Shown one piece after another: positions 1-9,210 of a stretch of DNA of 64,000 bases. The position numbers and the translations under genes are program-made. This stretch comes from Thermoanaerobaculia bacterium (GTDB taxonomy: Bacteria; Acidobacteriota; Thermoanaerobaculia; Multivoradales; UBA5704): contig JBGAGQ010000004.1 in assembly GCA_044226625.1 (NCBI GenBank), forward strand, positions 96,001 to 160,000, given 5' to 3'. Within the stretch, counting starts at the first letter, position 1; every line of letters begins with the position of its first letter. Under the pieces are notes generated by a model. That model saw only the letters and a program-made list of their open reading frames with translations. It was not told the DNA's origin and made no database searches.

Positions 1-1317
1 GTCCTCGGCTTTTCGCTCGCCCTGTCGGTAGGCACCGGCCTCCTGTTCGGATTGCTCCCCGCCCTCCACGCGTCGAGCCCGGAGATCCAGACGACGCTGC
101 GCGACGGCTCGAAGGGCGCGGGCGACCGGCGCGGCCGGCGCACCCGGACGTCGCTCGTCTTCGCCGAGGTGGCGCTCGCGATCGTCCTCCTGGTCTCGGC
201 GGGGCTGCTGATCCGCAGCCTGCGCGAGCTCGAGCGGGTCGAGCCGGGGTTCCGTTCCGAACATGCGCTCTCGGTCCAGGTCGCGCTCCCCGAGCCGGCT
301 TACACGGACGAAGCCAAACAGGTCGCGTTCTACCGCGACCTCCTGCCCCGGCTCGCCGCGATTCCGGGAGTCCAGAAGGCCGCGGCCGGTTTTCCGCTCC
401 CCCTCTCGGGCAGCCAATACCGGCTGGCGTTTCAGGCCGAGGGACGGCCGGCGGAGGTCAGCGACCTACCGCGGGCGAACATGGCGTTCGTCACCCCCGA
501 CTACTTCGGAGCGCTCGGCATTCCGCTGATTCGCGGTCGAAGCTTCGACGGCCACGACGTCCAGGGTGGCGAGGCGGTCGCGGTGATCAATCGGACGCTC
601 GCCGAGACCGTCCTCCAAGGCAAGAACCCGCTCGGCGCGCGCATCACCTTCGACGTGCCGGTGAGCAAGGACTCGCAGTGGATTCGCATCGTCGGGGTCG
701 TCGGAGACGTCCGCCACCTGGGACTCGACGTGGACTCGGGCAATCAGGCGTATCTGCCGCTGCTCCAATCTCCGATCTCGGAAGCCGGCCTCGTGGTCCG
801 CACGGCGGCCGCCCCAACGGGCCTCGCCGCGGCGATCGCCCGCGCCGTCGGCGAGGTCGACCCGTCGCTCCCGGTGGCCGACGTCAAGACGCTCGACGCC
901 CTGGTCTCGGAATCGGTCGCCGAGCCACGCGCCAACGCTTTCCTCCTGTCGTTGCTCGCGACGCTCGCGCTGGTCCTATCCGCGGTGGGGGTCTACGGCG
1001 TCCTTTCCTACTCCGTCGCCCAACGGACCCGCGAGATCGGCCTGCGCATGGCGCTCGGCGCGGGATCCTCGGAGATCCTCCGCCAGCTCCTCCTCGAAGG
1101 GCTCGCCGTGGTCGGTTCCGGCATCGCCGCGGGTCTGCTCGGCGCCTTCTTCCTCGCTCGGGTGCTCGCGAGCCTGCTCTACGGCGTCACCCCGCGCGAT
1201 CCGATCACCTTCGTGGGAGTGCCTCTCCTCCTCCTAGCGATCGCCCTGATCGCCACCTGGATCCCCGCGCGAAGGGCGACCCGCGTGGAGCCGGTGGTGG
1301 CGCTGCGGTATGAGTGA
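1..1317 (+). CDS. ABC permease, ADOP/MacB-FtsX family (5' truncated by window edge)
   Basis: Frame open from base 1; contains 'LVFAEVALAIVLLVSAGLLIRS', 'VGVYGVLSYSVAQRTREIGLRMALGA' and 'PARRATRVEPVVALRYE'. Confidence 0.92.
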   Translation, partial: VLGFSLALSVGTGLLFGLLPALHASSPEIQTTLRDGSKGAGDRRGRRTRTSLVFAEVALAIVLLVSAGLLIRSLRELERVEPGFRSEHALSVQVALPEPAYTDEAKQVAFYRDLLPRLAAIPGVQKAAAGFPLPLSGSQYRLAFQAEGRPAEVSDLPRANMAFVTPDYFGALGIPLIRGRSFDGHDVQGGEAVAVINRTLAETVLQGKNPLGARITFDVPVSKDSQWIRIVGVVGDVRHLGLDVDSGNQAYLPLLQSPISEAGLVVRTAAAPTGLAAAIARAVGEVDPSLPVADVKTLDALVSESVAEPRANAFLLSLLATLALVLSAVGVYGVLSYSVAQRTREIGLRMALGAGSSEILRQLLLEGLAVVGSGIAAGLLGAFFLARVLASLLYGVTPRDPITFVGVPLLLLAIALIATWIPARRATRVEPVVALRYE

Positions 1318-1339
1318 GGGTTAAGGCCGGGCGCTCCGC

Positions 1340-1762
1340 CTACGAAGCGGTTCCCGTCGGCGGCCAGCGGCTCACGTTGAGGAGTCCGCTCGTCAAGAGG
1401 AGGTCCATGTCGCCATCTCGGGCGAGCAAGGCGCAGCCGTGCTCGTCAGCCAGAACCGCGATCAGGCAGTCGATCGTCGAGCGAATCGTCTTGCCGACCT
1501 GACGCAAAGCACGGTAAAGGTCCGCGGCCCTGAGATAGAAATCAATCCCCACCGGCTCGAGATAGGTCAGATCGCGGAATCTCAATTGAAGCCGGGAAAG
1601 ACCCTCCTCCCTCCGCAGACCTTGGAAGACCTCCGCCACGACAACTCCGCAGGTGCAGATCTCATGGTCGCTGGCGACCAAACTTGCCAACGCATGTCGC
1701 TCGGCCGACGCATAGCCGTTCAAGAAGTCGACCCAAACGGAGGTATCGACCAAGACCTTCAC
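1340..1762 (-). CDS. vapC: VapC PIN-domain toxin
   Basis: 'VLVDTSVWVDFL...EVFQG...STIDCLIA...LLARDGD' PIN motifs; start overlaps the upstream antitoxin stop. Confidence 0.9.
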   Translation of the reverse strand: MKVLVDTSVWVDFLNGYASAERHALASLVASDHEICTCGVVVAEVFQGLRREEGLSRLQLRFRDLTYLEPVGIDFYLRAADLYRALRQVGKTIRSTIDCLIAVLADEHGCALLARDGDMDLLLTSGLLNVSRWPPTGTAS

Positions 1763-1962
1763 GCCGCGCGGCCCCGGCCGCGCAGCTCATCCAGGTTTCC
1801 CTCCCAATGCATCTTGCCCTCGAACTCCAGAAGCTCTTGAAGGCGTCGACGACGGGCAAATTCACGCAAGGCTTCGTTGATTACGTCGGTCCTGGTTCTC
1901 CCTGGGGCCGCTTCCAAAGCTTTGGCGAGAGCCTCATCGTCGAGGTTGAGCGTGGTCCTCAT
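1759..1962 (-). CDS. vapB: VapB antitoxin
   Basis: 'MRTTLNLDDEAL...TDVINEALREFARRRR...GKMHWEGNLDELR'; directly upstream of PIN toxin. Confidence 0.88.
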   Translation of the reverse strand: MRTTLNLDDEALAKALEAAPGRTRTDVINEALREFARRRRLQELLEFEGKMHWEGNLDELRGRGRAA

Positions 1963-1974
1963 GGCTTCTATCTC

Positions 1975-2006
1975 CATGCAGACGATAGAGGACGAGCATC
2001 TGCATG
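1975..2006. promoter_or_regulatory. Putative vapBC operator (inverted repeat CATGCAGA...TCTGCATG)
   Basis: 8-bp perfect inverted arms just upstream of vapB; TA operons typically autoregulate through such palindromes. Confidence 0.5.
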
Positions 2007-2137
2007 GCAAGGCCTGGGGGCGATCATTCGGAATGCCTTTCGAGTCCTCTCGCACTTCCGAGATCCTCGTTTCCCTTAGACTCACGGGGTAGCAGCATGC
2101 CCATCCGCGCGCTGTCGCGAAGGCGTGATCTCCGGCC

Positions 2138-3205
2138 CTACTTCCACTTGAAGATCTTGAGCGCGACGACGAAGCTCAAGACGCCCCAGGTGGCGACGAT
2201 AGCGAGCCGGGGCCAGATCACGGCGAGGCCGTGGCCTTCGTTGATGATGATGCGGAGCGCCTGGTTGAGCGCCGTGAGCGGCAGGGCGTTGACCACCGGC
2301 TGGATCGCGTCGGGGAAGCGCTCGGAGGAGAAGAAAGTTCCCGAAAGCAGCCACATCGGCAGGAGGATCAGGTTCGCGAGGCCGCTCGCCCCTTCGATCG
2401 TTTTGACCCGGGCGGCGACCAGGAGGCCGAGACCGCAGAACGACATCGCGCCCAGAAGCGAGGTCGCGAGCAGCAACAGGATCGAGCCGCGGACGGCAAC
2501 GCCGAAGGCGATCCAGCCGAAGCCGACGAGGATCAGGATCTCCGGGACGAGGAAGATCATCCGCCCGAGGATCTGGGCGAGCAGGTAATCGGCCTTGCGC
2601 ATCGGCGTCGCGATCAGGCGCTTCAAGACGCGTCGGCTGCGCGCCACGGCGACGGAGAAGGCGATGCTCCAGATCCCCGTACCCATCAGGTTCAGCCCGA
2701 GGAGACCGGGGATCAGGAAGTCGATGTAGCGCGCCCCCGGCTCGGTGACCTTTTCGGTTCCGACCGCGAGCGGATCGCGCCGGCCGGCCGCCCGCTGGAG
2801 CGCGTCCTCCGCTTCCAGTCGCGCGGTGCGGGCGTCCGGACGGGTCTCGTCCAGCGCGAGCCGAGGCGGGTGCCCGGCGCCCGAGCCGGGAATCACCAGG
2901 AGCGAGATCTTGCCGGTGCGCAGCGCCTCGCGCCCTTCGGTCTCCGGATAGGTCCGCGCCGTGAGTTGCGGCGAGCGGCCGAGAGCCGAGGCCGCCGCGT
3001 CCGCGCCCGGACCGGCGACCACGCCGACGGGGATCTTGTCCGGCCCTTTTTCCCGGAAGGCGAGCCCGAGGGCCACGGCGAGGAGGATCGGGAAGACGAA
3101 CACCCAGAACACCGCCTCGGGCTCGCGCAGGAACTCTTTCGCCCGGCAGGTGGTGAGCTCGACGAGCGATCCGAGGCGCCGTTTCGCGGTCGATCGGTCA
3201 CTCAT
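2138..3205 (-). CDS. ABC-2 type transporter permease
   Basis: Multiple TM segments; 'YIDFLIPGLLG', 'LKRLIATP', 'LSGTFFS'. Confidence 0.9.
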   Translation of the reverse strand: MSDRSTAKRRLGSLVELTTCRAKEFLREPEAVFWVFVFPILLAVALGLAFREKGPDKIPVGVVAGPGADAAASALGRSPQLTARTYPETEGREALRTGKISLLVIPGSGAGHPPRLALDETRPDARTARLEAEDALQRAAGRRDPLAVGTEKVTEPGARYIDFLIPGLLGLNLMGTGIWSIAFSVAVARSRRVLKRLIATPMRKADYLLAQILGRMIFLVPEILILVGFGWIAFGVAVRGSILLLLATSLLGAMSFCGLGLLVAARVKTIEGASGLANLILLPMWLLSGTFFSSERFPDAIQPVVNALPLTALNQALRIIINEGHGLAVIWPRLAIVATWGVLSFVVALKIFKWK

Positions 3206-4133
3206 CGCGGAGCGCCCTCCCGGTCAGCGCGACGAACAGGTCCTCGAGGGTCGCGCGGTGGGTCGACAGGTGAAGGAGCTTCGCCCCCTCCCGGTCGACC
3301 GCGGCGAGCAGCTCGGGGACGGCCTCGGTGAGCGAGGTGACCGCGAGCGACCAGACCTCGCCGAAGCGGCGCGCTTCCTCGACGCCGGCGATGGCGCGCC
3401 AGCGCTCGGCGCTCCAGTTCGGCTCGGTGTCGATCTCGACCACGTACGCCGAGGGGAGGCGCGAGATCAGCTCGCGCGGCGTGCCGAGCGCGATGACCTT
3501 GCCCTTGTCCACGATCGCGATCCGGTCGCACAGCTTCTCCGCCTCGTCCATGTAGTGGGTGGTGAGGAGGAGCGTCCCGCCGGTCGCGCGGAACCGCGAG
3601 ATCTGGTCCCACAGCTCGCGGCGGCTCTGCGGGTCGAGCCCCGTCGTCGGCTCGTCGAGGAACAGGATCGCCGGGCTGCCGACGAGGGCGCAGGCGACGG
3701 CTAGGCGCTGCTTCTGGCCGCCCGAGAGCTTGCCCACCCGGGCGTCCCGCTTCTCGGTGAGCGACAGCTCGGAAAGAACCGCCTCCGGGTCGCGCGCCTC
3801 GGCGTAGAACGAGGCGAACAGGCGGACGGTCTCGCCCACGGTGAGCTTCTCGTTGAGCTGCGTTTCCTGCAGAGAGATGCCGAGCCGCTCGCGCAGCTCG
3901 CGCTCGGACTCCTTCCAGCGCAGCCCGAGCACCTCGACCTCCCCCGCGTCCGGCTCGGTGAGCCCTTCGAGGATCTCGATCGTGGTCGTCTTGCCCGCGC
4001 CGTTCGGCCCGAGCAAGCCGAAGCATTCGCCCGGCTGGACCGCGAGGTCGAGCCCGTCGACCGCGGTCACGTCGGCATAGCGCTTGACCAGGCCGCGGCA
4101 GTGAATGGCGGGGCGTTCCGAGGCGGTAGACAT
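3198..4133 (-). CDS. ABC transporter ATP-binding protein
   Basis: Walker A GPNGAGKT, signature LSGGQ, Walker B ILFLDEPT. Confidence 0.95.
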   Translation of the reverse strand: MSTASERPAIHCRGLVKRYADVTAVDGLDLAVQPGECFGLLGPNGAGKTTTIEILEGLTEPDAGEVEVLGLRWKESERELRERLGISLQETQLNEKLTVGETVRLFASFYAEARDPEAVLSELSLTEKRDARVGKLSGGQKQRLAVACALVGSPAILFLDEPTTGLDPQSRRELWDQISRFRATGGTLLLTTHYMDEAEKLCDRIAIVDKGKVIALGTPRELISRLPSAYVVEIDTEPNWSAERWRAIAGVEEARRFGEVWSLAVTSLTEAVPELLAAVDREGAKLLHLSTHRATLEDLFVALTGRALRDE

Positions 4134-4207
4134 CGCCGCCGGAAGCTAGCACAGGCGAGCGCGCTCCTCGGCCGCCATGGGACGGACGGCACGGAGCGCC
4201 ACGAAGG

Positions 4208-4341
4208 AGCAGGCTGTCGAAAAACTCTCCCCACGTCGCGGAGTTCCCGAGGACGACCCCGAGTCTGTCCGAGCGAAGCGAGTTACGAGGGGCTCCCTCA
4301 GGGAATCTCCTGCGACGAAAGAGTTTTTCGGCAGCCTGCTA
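4208..4341. mobile_element. MITE/REP-like element with 20-bp terminal inverted repeats
   Basis: 4208-4227 AGCAGGCTGTCGAAAAACTC matches the reverse complement of 4321-4340 at 19/20; nested internal inverted arms; no transposase. Confidence 0.65.
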
Positions 4342-6735
4342 CGGCACGGACGAGGTGAGCTCGGCCGAGGCGTCGCTTTCGGTGGCGCGCCCCGCGGCCA
4401 GCTCGCGCGCGGCGAGCTCGACCTTCTTCTGGAGCGCCGGGTAGCCCGGCAGCGACCGGACCGCCGCGAGGTCGGGGTCGCGCGCCAGGAGATCGGGTCG
4501 ATGGAAGCTCGGTCCACCCGGGGCGACCAGCTTTTCCAGCTCGGCGAGCGCCGCGGGGGCTTCGCCCCGGGTCGCGTGGAGACAGGCCATGTTGTAGCCC
4601 GGAACCCAGCTGTCGGGACGCAGGCGGCCGGCCTTGCGGAAGAAGGTCAACGCCTCGCCGGGGCGGTTGAGACGCCGGGCGGAGTTGCCGGCCTGGACCA
4701 GCGCCGCGAAGTCGGACGGCGCCGCTTTGATCACCCGGCGGTAATTGGCGAGCGCGCGCCCCCACTCCCCCTGCTCGTAGGCCAGGTCGGCCAGCCGGCG
4801 CGCGGCGCGGGGAAAGCTCGGATCGAGCGCGAGCGCTTTTTCGTTCAGCTCTTTCGCCTTGGCGCGGTCGCCGCGGAGGGCGGCGAGCATGCCGAGGTTC
4901 GACAGCGCCTCGACGAATCCGGGCGACTGTTCGAGCGCGATCTTGAACTCCTTCTCCGCACCGTCGACGTTGCCTTCGAGCATGGCGATGGTGCCGAGCA
5001 TCGAGTGGACGCGCGCCTGGTCCGGAGAGATCGCGAGCGAGCGGTAATAGGCGTCGCGCGCTCCGTCGGCGTCCCCCTGGCGCAGCCGCGAAAGCGCCAG
5101 GATGTTCCAGCAGGTGACGTTCCTCGGGGTAGTCTTCAGGATGTCGCGGATCTTCGTCTCCGCGCCCGCCCAGTCGCCGGTCTGCGCCTGGTGGCGGGCG
5201 TCCTCCAGCTCCTGATAGAGGGCCATCCCGTCCTTCGGATCGATCCCGGACATCGCCTCCCGCTCGCCGCGCGGCGCGAGATAACCGAGGGCGCGCAGGG
5301 TCTCTTCGGTCTCCTTGTCCATCGGGTTCTGCTGGGCGGCGATCTCGCGCCGGCGGCTGTCGTCGAGGATCTTCTCGAGCTCGCCGTCCAGGATCGAACC
5401 GCGCCGGGCCTGGGTGGACATGAGATTCGCGAGCTCTTTCGGGTCGCGCGTGAGGTCGTAGACCTCCGGCCGCGGGGCGCGGATGTATTTCCACCCTCCC
5501 TTGCGGATGCCGTAGAGCGGCGCCATTCCGAAGCCGACCTCGGAGGTGAGGGATTCCGAATACTGGGCGAGCTCGGGCGGCTTCACCTCGCCGCGCATCG
5601 CCGGCAGCAGGTCGATTCCCTGCATCTCCTTGCCGCCGGGGAGCGCCAGGGCGGCGAGCACCGTGGGTGCCACGTCCTCGCTGCGGACCGGAGCGGTATA
5701 CACCTTCCCCGCCGGGACCGCGCCGGGAGCCCGCAGGATGAGCGGCACGCGCACCGTGGCGTCATAGATGAAGACCGCATGGGTTTTCTCGCCATGCTCG
5801 CCCAGGCTTTCGCCGTGGTCGGCGGTGAGCACCACGAGCGTCCGGTCGAGGGCACCGATCTTTTCGAGCTCGGCCAACAGCATCCCCACGCCCTGATCGG
5901 CGACCGCGATCTCTGCGTCGTACGGCGTGGGCGATTTGACCCGCTCGGCCATTGGCGGGTTGTTCGGCTGGTGGGGATCGAAGAAGTGCACCCACATGAA
6001 GAACGGCTTGTCCTTCTCCTTCCGCTCCCGCTGCCGGTGCCACGCCTCGAGCCAGCGCACCGCCCGTTCCGCCGTCTTCGGCGCCGAGCGGGAGCGGATC
6101 ATGAACAGCGGCGGCTCGTCCTCCGCCCACAGGTCGTCGTCGTAGCCGTCGAATCCTTGGCTCAGGTTGTAACGGCGGTTGAGCACCAGGGCGGAGACGA
6201 ACGCCTGGGTCTCGTATCCGGCCGCCTTGAACCGCTCGGCGAGCGTGGTGGCGCCGTCGCCCAAGGCGTAGGAGCCGTTGTCCCGCACCCCGTGCGCGGG
6301 CGGTAACAGACCGGTGAAAATCGTAGAATGGGAAGGTAGGGTGATCGGCGCCGCGGAGATCGCGTCGTCGAAGCGCGTCCCCTCACGGGCCAGGCGGTCG
6401 ATGTTGGGCGTCCGAGCGAGGGTGAAGCCGTAGGCGCCCAGTCGGTCGGCTCGCGTGGTGTCGAGCGTCACGATCAGGACGTTTTCGATCTTGGGCCGCG
6501 CGCACCCCGCCGCCCAACCGGTGAAAAAGGCCAGTCCGACGAGGCCGACGACCATCCGGAGCCACCCCACGCCCCCGTTTCGAAAGGCCGCCTCCGGCGA
6601 GATCGCGAAAGTGCAACGCCGATTCAGGAATGTACGCCGGCCACCACCGGCTCGGTTCACATTTCGCGCTCGATTTCGATAAGATCCCTGTCCCGCTCCG
6701 GCCACTCTCGCTGCACCTTTCTTTGACGACCACAC
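4339..6735 (-). CDS. Sulfatase-like (alkaline phosphatase superfamily) lipoprotein with C-terminal TPRs; true start probably near 6554
   Basis: 'LIVTLDTTRADRLGAYG', 'PITLPSHSTIFTG', 'VHFFDPH', 'ADHGE'; lipobox-like AAGC; TPR-like helices at C-terminus. Confidence 0.88.
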   Translation of the reverse strand: MWSSKKGAARVAGAGQGSYRNRARNVNRAGGGRRTFLNRRCTFAISPEAAFRNGGVGWLRMVVGLVGLAFFTGWAAGCARPKIENVLIVTLDTTRADRLGAYGFTLARTPNIDRLAREGTRFDDAISAAPITLPSHSTIFTGLLPPAHGVRDNGSYALGDGATTLAERFKAAGYETQAFVSALVLNRRYNLSQGFDGYDDDLWAEDEPPLFMIRSRSAPKTAERAVRWLEAWHRQRERKEKDKPFFMWVHFFDPHQPNNPPMAERVKSPTPYDAEIAVADQGVGMLLAELEKIGALDRTLVVLTADHGESLGEHGEKTHAVFIYDATVRVPLILRAPGAVPAGKVYTAPVRSEDVAPTVLAALALPGGKEMQGIDLLPAMRGEVKPPELAQYSESLTSEVGFGMAPLYGIRKGGWKYIRAPRPEVYDLTRDPKELANLMSTQARRGSILDGELEKILDDSRRREIAAQQNPMDKETEETLRALGYLAPRGEREAMSGIDPKDGMALYQELEDARHQAQTGDWAGAETKIRDILKTTPRNVTCWNILALSRLRQGDADGARDAYYRSLAISPDQARVHSMLGTIAMLEGNVDGAEKEFKIALEQSPGFVEALSNLGMLAALRGDRAKAKELNEKALALDPSFPRAARRLADLAYEQGEWGRALANYRRVIKAAPSDFAALVQAGNSARRLNRPGEALTFFRKAGRLRPDSWVPGYNMACLHATRGEAPAALAELEKLVAPGGPSFHRPDLLARDPDLAAVRSLPGYPALQKKVELAARELAAGRATESDASAELTSSVP

Positions 6736-6781
6736 CTCAGCATCCTACCAGCCTCATCGGTTGAACCCAGGAGGGAACTTC

Positions 6782-7882
6782 ATGAAGCGCGCAGTTGCAA
6801 TCCTTTCCGGCCTGCTCATCGCAGGTGCCGCATTCGCGGACGTCTCGGTGCTCGAGCGTCAGGGTCTGAACCGCCGCGGTCAGGCTCGGAAAATCGATCC
6901 CAGGAAGGCGGAACATCGCGGCACCTCGAAGGCGGCGGTTCGGTTCGGCGATCAGCCGCTCATCGACGCGTCCGGCCTCGAGTACTTCATCAACTCGAAC
7001 ATCACGCTGCTGACCACCAGCAGCGCTTCGGGCGCCGCTTCCGAGGCCAGCTACACCGGCCCGGTCAATGCCGACACCTCCGGCGGCGGCACGGTGAGCA
7101 CGACCCTCTCCGACGCCTTCGACGGCTACGGCGCGATCTGCATCAGCACCAACGGCGATACGGGGCCCTGCTCGACGGCCAACACCAACGTCACGATCTA
7201 CAACCAGAACGGCCCGGGCACGCTCGACGCCACCTGCGGCAACCGGCAAGTGGTTTTGAACCCGCAGACGATCGGCTCGCTCTCCGTCCAGCGCAAGATC
7301 CTGGTGCCGAGCAACGACGAGTTCGCGCGTTTCCTGAACATCGTCACGAACAACAGCGGAAGCACCCAGACCGTGACCCTGATCACGTCGAACAACCTGG
7401 GCTCGGACGGCAACACCTCGATCGTCGCGACCTCGAACGGCAACACCACCGCCGAGGTCACGGACTTCTGGGTCACGACGTTCCAGGCGTTCTCCGGCAC
7501 CACGTCGTCCGACGTGCGGCTCGGCCACGTCCTCCAGGGCGCGGGCGCGCGCACCCCGGTCGGTACGGTCAGCTTCGCCGACGGTAGCGACCTTCCCTTC
7601 TGGTCCTACACCTTCACGCTCGCTCCGGGCGAGACCAAGGCGATCATGAACTTCGTCACCGGTCAGCCGACCCGGGCCGAGGCGGCCGCCAAGGCGACGG
7701 AGCTCACCACGCTTCCGAACAACGCGTTGCAGTGCCTGACCCCGGCGGAGCGCTCGAACATCGTCAACTTCGAGGCCCGCGGCGTCACCGAGATCCCGAC
7801 CGTTTCGGGCGTCGGTCTCGCGGCGCTCGCGCTGCTGCTCGCCGGTGCGTCGTTCTTCGCCCTGCGTCGCAAAACGGCCTAA
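6782..7882 (+). CDS. Secreted protein with IPTL-CTERM-like sorting signal (paralog 1)
   Basis: Signal peptide; Thr/Ser/Asn-rich body; C-terminal 'EIPTVSGVGLAALALLLAGASFFALRRK'; RBS GGAGG upstream. Confidence 0.8.
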   Translation: MKRAVAILSGLLIAGAAFADVSVLERQGLNRRGQARKIDPRKAEHRGTSKAAVRFGDQPLIDASGLEYFINSNITLLTTSSASGAASEASYTGPVNADTSGGGTVSTTLSDAFDGYGAICISTNGDTGPCSTANTNVTIYNQNGPGTLDATCGNRQVVLNPQTIGSLSVQRKILVPSNDEFARFLNIVTNNSGSTQTVTLITSNNLGSDGNTSIVATSNGNTTAEVTDFWVTTFQAFSGTTSSDVRLGHVLQGAGARTPVGTVSFADGSDLPFWSYTFTLAPGETKAIMNFVTGQPTRAEAAAKATELTTLPNNALQCLTPAERSNIVNFEARGVTEIPTVSGVGLAALALLLAGASFFALRRKTA

Positions 7883-7914
7883 GCCCAAGGCGTAGAGCCG
7901 AGATTCAAGAGTCC

Positions 7915-7950
7915 GGGCCGTGCGGAGCCATGCTCCGCACGGCCCTTTTT
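7915..7950 (+). terminator. Rho-independent terminator
   Basis: 14-bp perfect stem GGGCCGTGCGGAGC/GCTCCGCACGGCCC followed by T5. Confidence 0.85.
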
Positions 7951-8034
7951 GTCCCGCCTTCCCCTCGCTTCTCTTCCTGGTGTAGGATTTGGTGAAAGTT
8001 TCTAATATTCGCTATCCACTTAGGGAGGAAGACG

Positions 8035-9156
8035 ATGAAGCGCGTGGTTCTCGGCCTCGCTGGCCTGCTAGTGGCATCCGCAGTTTTCGCAGACGTCGCC
8101 GTTCTCGAACGGCAGGCTCTTCCCGGGGCCAAAGGCCCTGCCAAAGCGAAGAGCGTCAAGCGGAACAACGTGCGGGCGACCGGCTCTCAGCAGCTGATCG
8201 ATTCGTCGAACTTCGAGTACTTCATCAACACGAACATCACCTTCTCCACCTCGAGCAGCGCGTCCGGCGCGGCGTCCGAGGCGAGCTATACGGGCTCGGT
8301 CCAGGCTACGACCTCCGGCGGCGGAACGGTGAGCTCGACGCTCAACGACGCGTTCGACGGCTACCAGTCGCTCTGCCTAAGCTTCGACGGTGGGACCGGA
8401 CCGTGCCAGAGCGGAGGCGGGGGAGCCGGACGCGGCGGCAAGATCGCCGGTACCGCGTCCTACTTGATGTACAACCAGAACGGCCCGGCGACGCTCGACG
8501 GCACCTGCGCCAACCGCCAGGTGATCCTTCCCGTTGAGGCGTTCGGCTCGGTCAACGTCCAGCGAAAGGTGTTCGTACCGACGAATGATGCCTTCATTCG
8601 CTGGGTCGACATCTTCACCAACACCGGCGGCACGACGCAGAGCTTCAACGCGATCACGAGCAACAACCTGGGGTCGGACGCGAACACGGTTCTCGTCGCC
8701 ACCTCGAGCGGCGACGCGTCGGCGACCACCGCGGATACCTGGGCGACGTCCTTCCAAAATTACTCGGGAACCACGTCGTCGGACCCTCGGCTCGGCCACG
8801 TCTTCTGGGGGCTGGGCGCACCGGTACCTCTCAGCGGGATCACCTTCACGGACCAGAACCCGTACTGGCATTACAACCTGACCCTAGCGCCGGGTCAGAC
8901 GCAGATCATCATGAACTTCGCGACCGGCCAGCCTTCCAAGGCCGCCGCGGCCGCGAAGGCCGCCGAGCTCGCTGGACTGCCGGACAATACCCTTCAGTGC
9001 TTGTCCACCACCGAGCGCCAGCAGGTGGCGAACTTCGTGGCCCAGCGGGTGCCGGTGATCGAGGTTCCAACCGTCTCGGGCTTCGGTCTCGCGGCGCTTG
9101 CTCTGCTCCTGGGAGCGGCTTCGTTCATGCTGCTCCGGCGTCGCGCCATCACCTAA
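8035..9156 (+). CDS. Secreted protein with IPTL-CTERM-like sorting signal (paralog 2)
   Basis: Clear paralog of 6782..7882 (EYFIN, SSASGAASEASYTG, SNNLGSD); C-terminal 'EVPTVSGFGLAALALLLGAASFMLLRRR'. Confidence 0.8.
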   Translation: MKRVVLGLAGLLVASAVFADVAVLERQALPGAKGPAKAKSVKRNNVRATGSQQLIDSSNFEYFINTNITFSTSSSASGAASEASYTGSVQATTSGGGTVSSTLNDAFDGYQSLCLSFDGGTGPCQSGGGGAGRGGKIAGTASYLMYNQNGPATLDGTCANRQVILPVEAFGSVNVQRKVFVPTNDAFIRWVDIFTNTGGTTQSFNAITSNNLGSDANTVLVATSSGDASATTADTWATSFQNYSGTTSSDPRLGHVFWGLGAPVPLSGITFTDQNPYWHYNLTLAPGQTQIIMNFATGQPSKAAAAAKAAELAGLPDNTLQCLSTTERQQVANFVAQRVPVIEVPTVSGFGLAALALLLGAASFMLLRRRAIT

Positions 9157-9176
9157 GTTGCTGATCCCGGGAAACG

Positions 9177-9205
9177 AGGGCGGCCCCTCCTAGGGCCGCC
9201 CTTTT
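9177..9205 (+). terminator. Rho-independent terminator between convergent genes
   Basis: Stem AGGGCGGCCC/GGGCCGCCCT followed by T-run. Confidence 0.75.
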
Positions 9206-9210
9206 CGTCA

